This document shows positions 60,407 to 64,000 of a stretch of 64,000 nt of DNA, piece by piece. Position numbers and translations under genes: made by a program. How positions within the stretch are numbered: the stretch's first letter is position 1; every line of letters begins with the position of its first letter. Source of the stretch: Catajapyx aquilonaris. Lineage: Eukaryota. Below the pieces are notes generated by a model. The model was not told the origin of the DNA and did no database searches. It worked only from the letters and a program-made list of their open reading frames with translations. The stretch spans positions 1 through 64,000 of the forward strand of contig KZ538153.1 of NCBI GenBank assembly GCA_000934665.2. Reading direction: 5' to 3'.

Positions 60407-61273
60407 AAATCATACAAATCATACACAGGTCAAAAGCTTCAAACCAAAATATATACAGCCTGTAATAAACGATGGTTTCATACATTTTTCTATAAAATAA
60501 TTCCTTACAATATCCTTTATCATAAGCTAACAAGTCATGCACACCATTACAATGCTTCAATAAAATTAACCTTCGCCCATTTTTTCGGCCCTTTATATTT
60601 ACCTGCACATTGGCCACGGAGTCCGCCCCTGGGCCGCCCCTGTGTCCAAAATCCTGCCCTCAAATGAACACTGATGGTCACTCACAACACTACCCGCACC
60701 TGTTGTACTCGACCCTTACGATAATTCCCACGGCCCTGCCCATCTACCTAGGGCCGCCCCGGGGCCGCCCCTAGTGCAACAACTGAACAAGCACAACCTC
60801 GAATCGAATTGAAAAAATGGCTCTTGTTCAGACTTGATTGTGTATTATGAAAGATGGCTGTCTTTTTTATTCATGTAGTTATGTAGTTATGCAATTATGC
60901 AAACTATAATTACATAGACACTGTCGTTGCAGACAATTTGAACAAAAGGGCAAGATACATTAACATACACAAAGTTATGCATACACATTATAACTACTTG
61001 TAGTACATTCAATAGTTATGCCTGTTAAGTCCGAAGCGGTCCGAAGCAATTGAAAACACTGTGTCGATGTCCACCGCAGTCCGCAGGCCTAGAAAAACGT
61101 GAGCAAAGCGTGCCCCTTTAAAAAAATATTAGTGAATCGAGGGTCTCTTCCCTAGTTCAATAGTTGAATGAATTAAACCCCACTTTATCACCATAGGCCA
61201 TATCGCGGATAGCTATCCAAAGGTCAGACGGTATCAGTCCGCATTTCGACACATCTTCACATCAGCTGCAAGA

Positions 61274-63343
61274 ATGAGGTCGGCCAGGAATGTGTCCAAC
61301 CAGCTGGCAAGATTTAACTCGACAGTACCTGTAGCTGCGGAACATGTGCGTGCAAGAGGAAAGCCCTTCAACTCCATACCAGGACCGCCAACGTTGCCCG
61401 TAATTGGGAATCTCTATCAGTACAAGTTAGGTGAGCAGGTAATTTTAAGTAACAATGACGTACGCTACAATCGGATTGCTCTAGGTTACTACGATGTGTT
61501 CAAGTACCACGATGCGCTGTTGGATATGCACCGAAAGTACGGTCCAATATCAAGGGAGGTCATTGGAGACAAGGAGGTCATACACGTGTTTCAGCCTGAT
61601 GACGTACGCACGGTGCATCACAACGAGGGACGTACTCCTGCAGTACCTCCGTTGCAAGAAACGGTGCAGCTGTACCGGAAGCAACGCAACTTGTCTCCTG
61701 GCCTTGGAAACACGTACGTTGCACTTAATCTGTAAGCCGTCATTAGCAGCAAGTAATCCGCCACTACCCGTACTGAATTAACGATCAACAATCGCTGCAA
61801 ACATTAATACATTAAATAAATATTAAGCACAGATACTGTAGAAATAAAATACAATATAATTACAGCAATATTAAACACAGGTACTGTAAAAATAAAGTAC
61901 ATGATTATTACAGTAATTACAGCATTATTTATTACAATGTAATAGTACAAGTACTATGTAATACTTCAAATGAAATCAAACTTGAACTTGCAGCGAATAC
62001 ATTTTTCTCGGATGTAATGAAACGGAATTAACTGGCCTTTCGCAACTCTTTGAAGTAATGGTGAAGAGTGGTATCGGCTACGAAGCGCAGTGCAGAAGAT
62101 GATGCTTCGTCCTAAAGAGGTCCATCACTATCTTCCGCTGTCTGAACGAGTTGCATCGGATTTTGTTGATCGACTGAGACGAAAGCAGGGGACGGATCAT
62201 GTGGTGGAGGATCTAAGGACAGAGGTGGCCAAATGGTCACTTGAATGTACGTACGCTGAGTTAATCTCCTGGATATGTAGTGTTAATCGATGCGGTTACA
62301 GCTGCGGGTATGGTGTGCTTCGAGACCAGACTTGGCTGCATGGACGGTTGGGACACCGAGAAAAGAGCGGACGCAATGATCGCCGCAAACCGTACAATCT
62401 TCAGGCTGTCCGGTCTACTCAAGTTCTCGCTTCCTTTGTTCAAACTGGTGACAACTCCTAAGTGGAAGAGGCTGTTGGAAGCCGAAGACTATTTTTATCA
62501 CGAAGCGTCAGGGTTTGCAAACACTACGATTGTGAACATACAGCGTTTGGTGGAGGAGAAGAAGATGGAGGACGGCCGGTACAACTTCATGTCGTACCTG
62601 CTGTCACGACCTGAGCTTAATCACAAGGATGTGGTGATCATCGCGCTCTCACTATTCGCTGATGGACTCAGCACGGTCAGTACAGCATGGTACATCTTAT
62701 TACCCTATTAATATTTGCAACATTGCAGACAGCACCAAGCATGTTGTACAACCTGTACTGCCTTGCGACCAACCCGGACGTGCAAGAAAAAGTGTACAAG
62801 GAAGCAACAGGCGTAGTTCCGGATCACAAGCCTGTTACAATCGACGCCATAAACGCAATGCCTTACTTAAAAGCGGTTGTTAAAGAGACATTTCGCTTGT
62901 ATCCGATCGGAACTGAAGTGTCTCGAATTATCGACAAGGACCTGGTACTTGCAGGTTACCACGTACCTGCAGGGGTAAGTGCTTAATCATGTTTGCTGCA
63001 CAATTGCATAAACAACATTCTGTTACAGACTCATGTGGATTTGAACCAAATGGTACACTTCCGATCGGAAGAATACTTCTCAAATCCGCACAAGTACGTC
63101 CCGGAAAGGTGGCTGCGAGGAGAGGAAGAAGGCGTGCATCCGTACTTGCTAACACCATTCGGACACGGCACGAGAATGTGCGCAGGCCGACGCTTCGCCG
63201 AGCAGGATTTGTATGCAACAATCACGCACATACTACGTACATTCCGGCTAGAGTACGACGGATCGGAAGAGCTAAAGCAAGTGTACAACACACTTCTATT
63301 TCCAGAGCAGCAACTCAAAATACGATTCATCCCCAGGAAATAA
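61274..63343 (+). CDS. CYP44: Mitochondrial-clan cytochrome P450, CYP44/CYP362-like (6 exons)
   Basis: Arg/Ser-rich transit-like N-terminus, [20 protein letters not shown]-helix [18 protein letters not shown] (ExxR), PERW and the heme motif [19 protein letters not shown]. Family assignment is from recalled motifs. Confidence 0.88.
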
Positions 63344-63449
63344 ATTTTCTTGCCGCAATTTGTAATGTCAATAACTTCCAACATGTGACGAATGTATATT
63401 TGTTGGCATATACTAAATATTCTCAGCTGAATCGCAACTCATTTATTGA

Positions 63450-64000
63450 CTACGATTTGTTTTCTGCGGGATTGGGGCAGCCACAGTCAACAGAAGTTCT
63501 TCTGGATTCAGACGGATCCTCACCGTTCTTCTTGGAACTCTTCCTGGAACTCTTCTTTGTATCCGGGGAATCGGGAAGACTCGTGTACAGTGAGCCATCG
63601 GAAGACCTCCTGGACGCTGTGGGATCGGAAGTCTCTGTAGGATCGGCAGAGTCTGCGGGATCGTCGGTAGACATCTTGGAATCTGCGGAATCGGAGACCT
63701 TCCTGGGTGCCTGCGTACCAACGTCCTTCAATTTCTTAGCCTTCACTTCCTTCTTCGACTCCTTCTTAGACTTCGTACTAGTTGCGCTTGCTTCGTCATT
63801 GGTGATGAGGATCTCGAGTCGCTCAGTGGACTTTTTCTGTATCTCACAAGCTGAAATGTCGATTAGATTGAAGTAATATTCTCGATGACATGGCTCTTTA
63901 AATGATTTATTACCAGGTCCATTCAAGTCCGTGTCTTGGTAAGCCATAACCAGACGCAGCATCTCGTTTATGCTCCTCCTGACGGCCATGTCGTTGATGG
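63450..64000 (-). CDS. 3' part of a fourth peroxiredoxin-like gene with a long Lys/Ser/Asp-rich tail (partial; exons 63914->64000 and 63450-63850)
   Basis: INDMAVRRSINEMLRLVMAYQDTDLNGP aligns with [29 protein letters not shown] 63-nt GT-AG phase-1 intron (63913-63851) sits where the canonical Prx has its last intron, giving GP-A-C at the resolving-Cys position. Confidence 0.75.
   Translation of the reverse strand, partial: INDMAVRRSINEMLRLVMAYQDTDLNGPGNKSFKEPCHREYYFNLIDISACEIQKKSTERLEILITNDEASATSTKSKKESKKEVKAKKLKDVGTQAPRKVSDSADSKMSTDDPADSADPTETSDPTASRRSSDGSLYTSLPDSPDTKKSSRKSSKKNGEDPSESRRTSVDCGCPNPAENKS

Noticed and set aside
60620..60775. Two GGGCCGCCCC-rich direct repeats
   Set aside because: Too short to distinguish Sp1-like boxes from transposon-end remnants.
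62989..63876. 295-aa + strand ORF
   Set aside because: Off-frame overlap of the last P450 exon and antisense to the Prx-like exon; no recognisable domain.

Overview
Eukaryotic, AT-rich, intron-containing invertebrate DNA, most likely from a non-insect arthropod or crustacean (ionotropic receptor plus CYP44-like P450; introns mostly about 50-100 nt). The window is dominated by a head-to-tail array of 15 papain-family (C1A) cathepsin-L-like genes on the + strand (11.1-60.4 kb). The array is interrupted by three peroxiredoxin-family genes and by an RRP1/Nop52 gene. It is flanked on the left by a C2H2 zinc-finger gene and a disrupted ionotropic receptor, and on the right by a mitochondrial-clan P450 and a fourth, partial peroxiredoxin-like gene. 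Main observations: (1) two divergent peroxiredoxin paralogs that share a new MGxxLC[K/R] N-terminus and have lost different parts of the catalytic machinery; (2) an intact but catalytically dead cathepsin; (3) a cathepsin that lost its signal peptide but can be spliced in frame to an upstream signal-peptide/coiled-coil gene, and that gained a furin-type site; (4) a cathepsin subfamily with a remodelled active-site cleft; (5) pseudogenising lesions, a GC-AG intron, foldback elements and a TSD-flanked retro-insertion in an intronic satellite. Gene models were spliced by eye from GT-AG signals and paralog comparison. No database searches were run.
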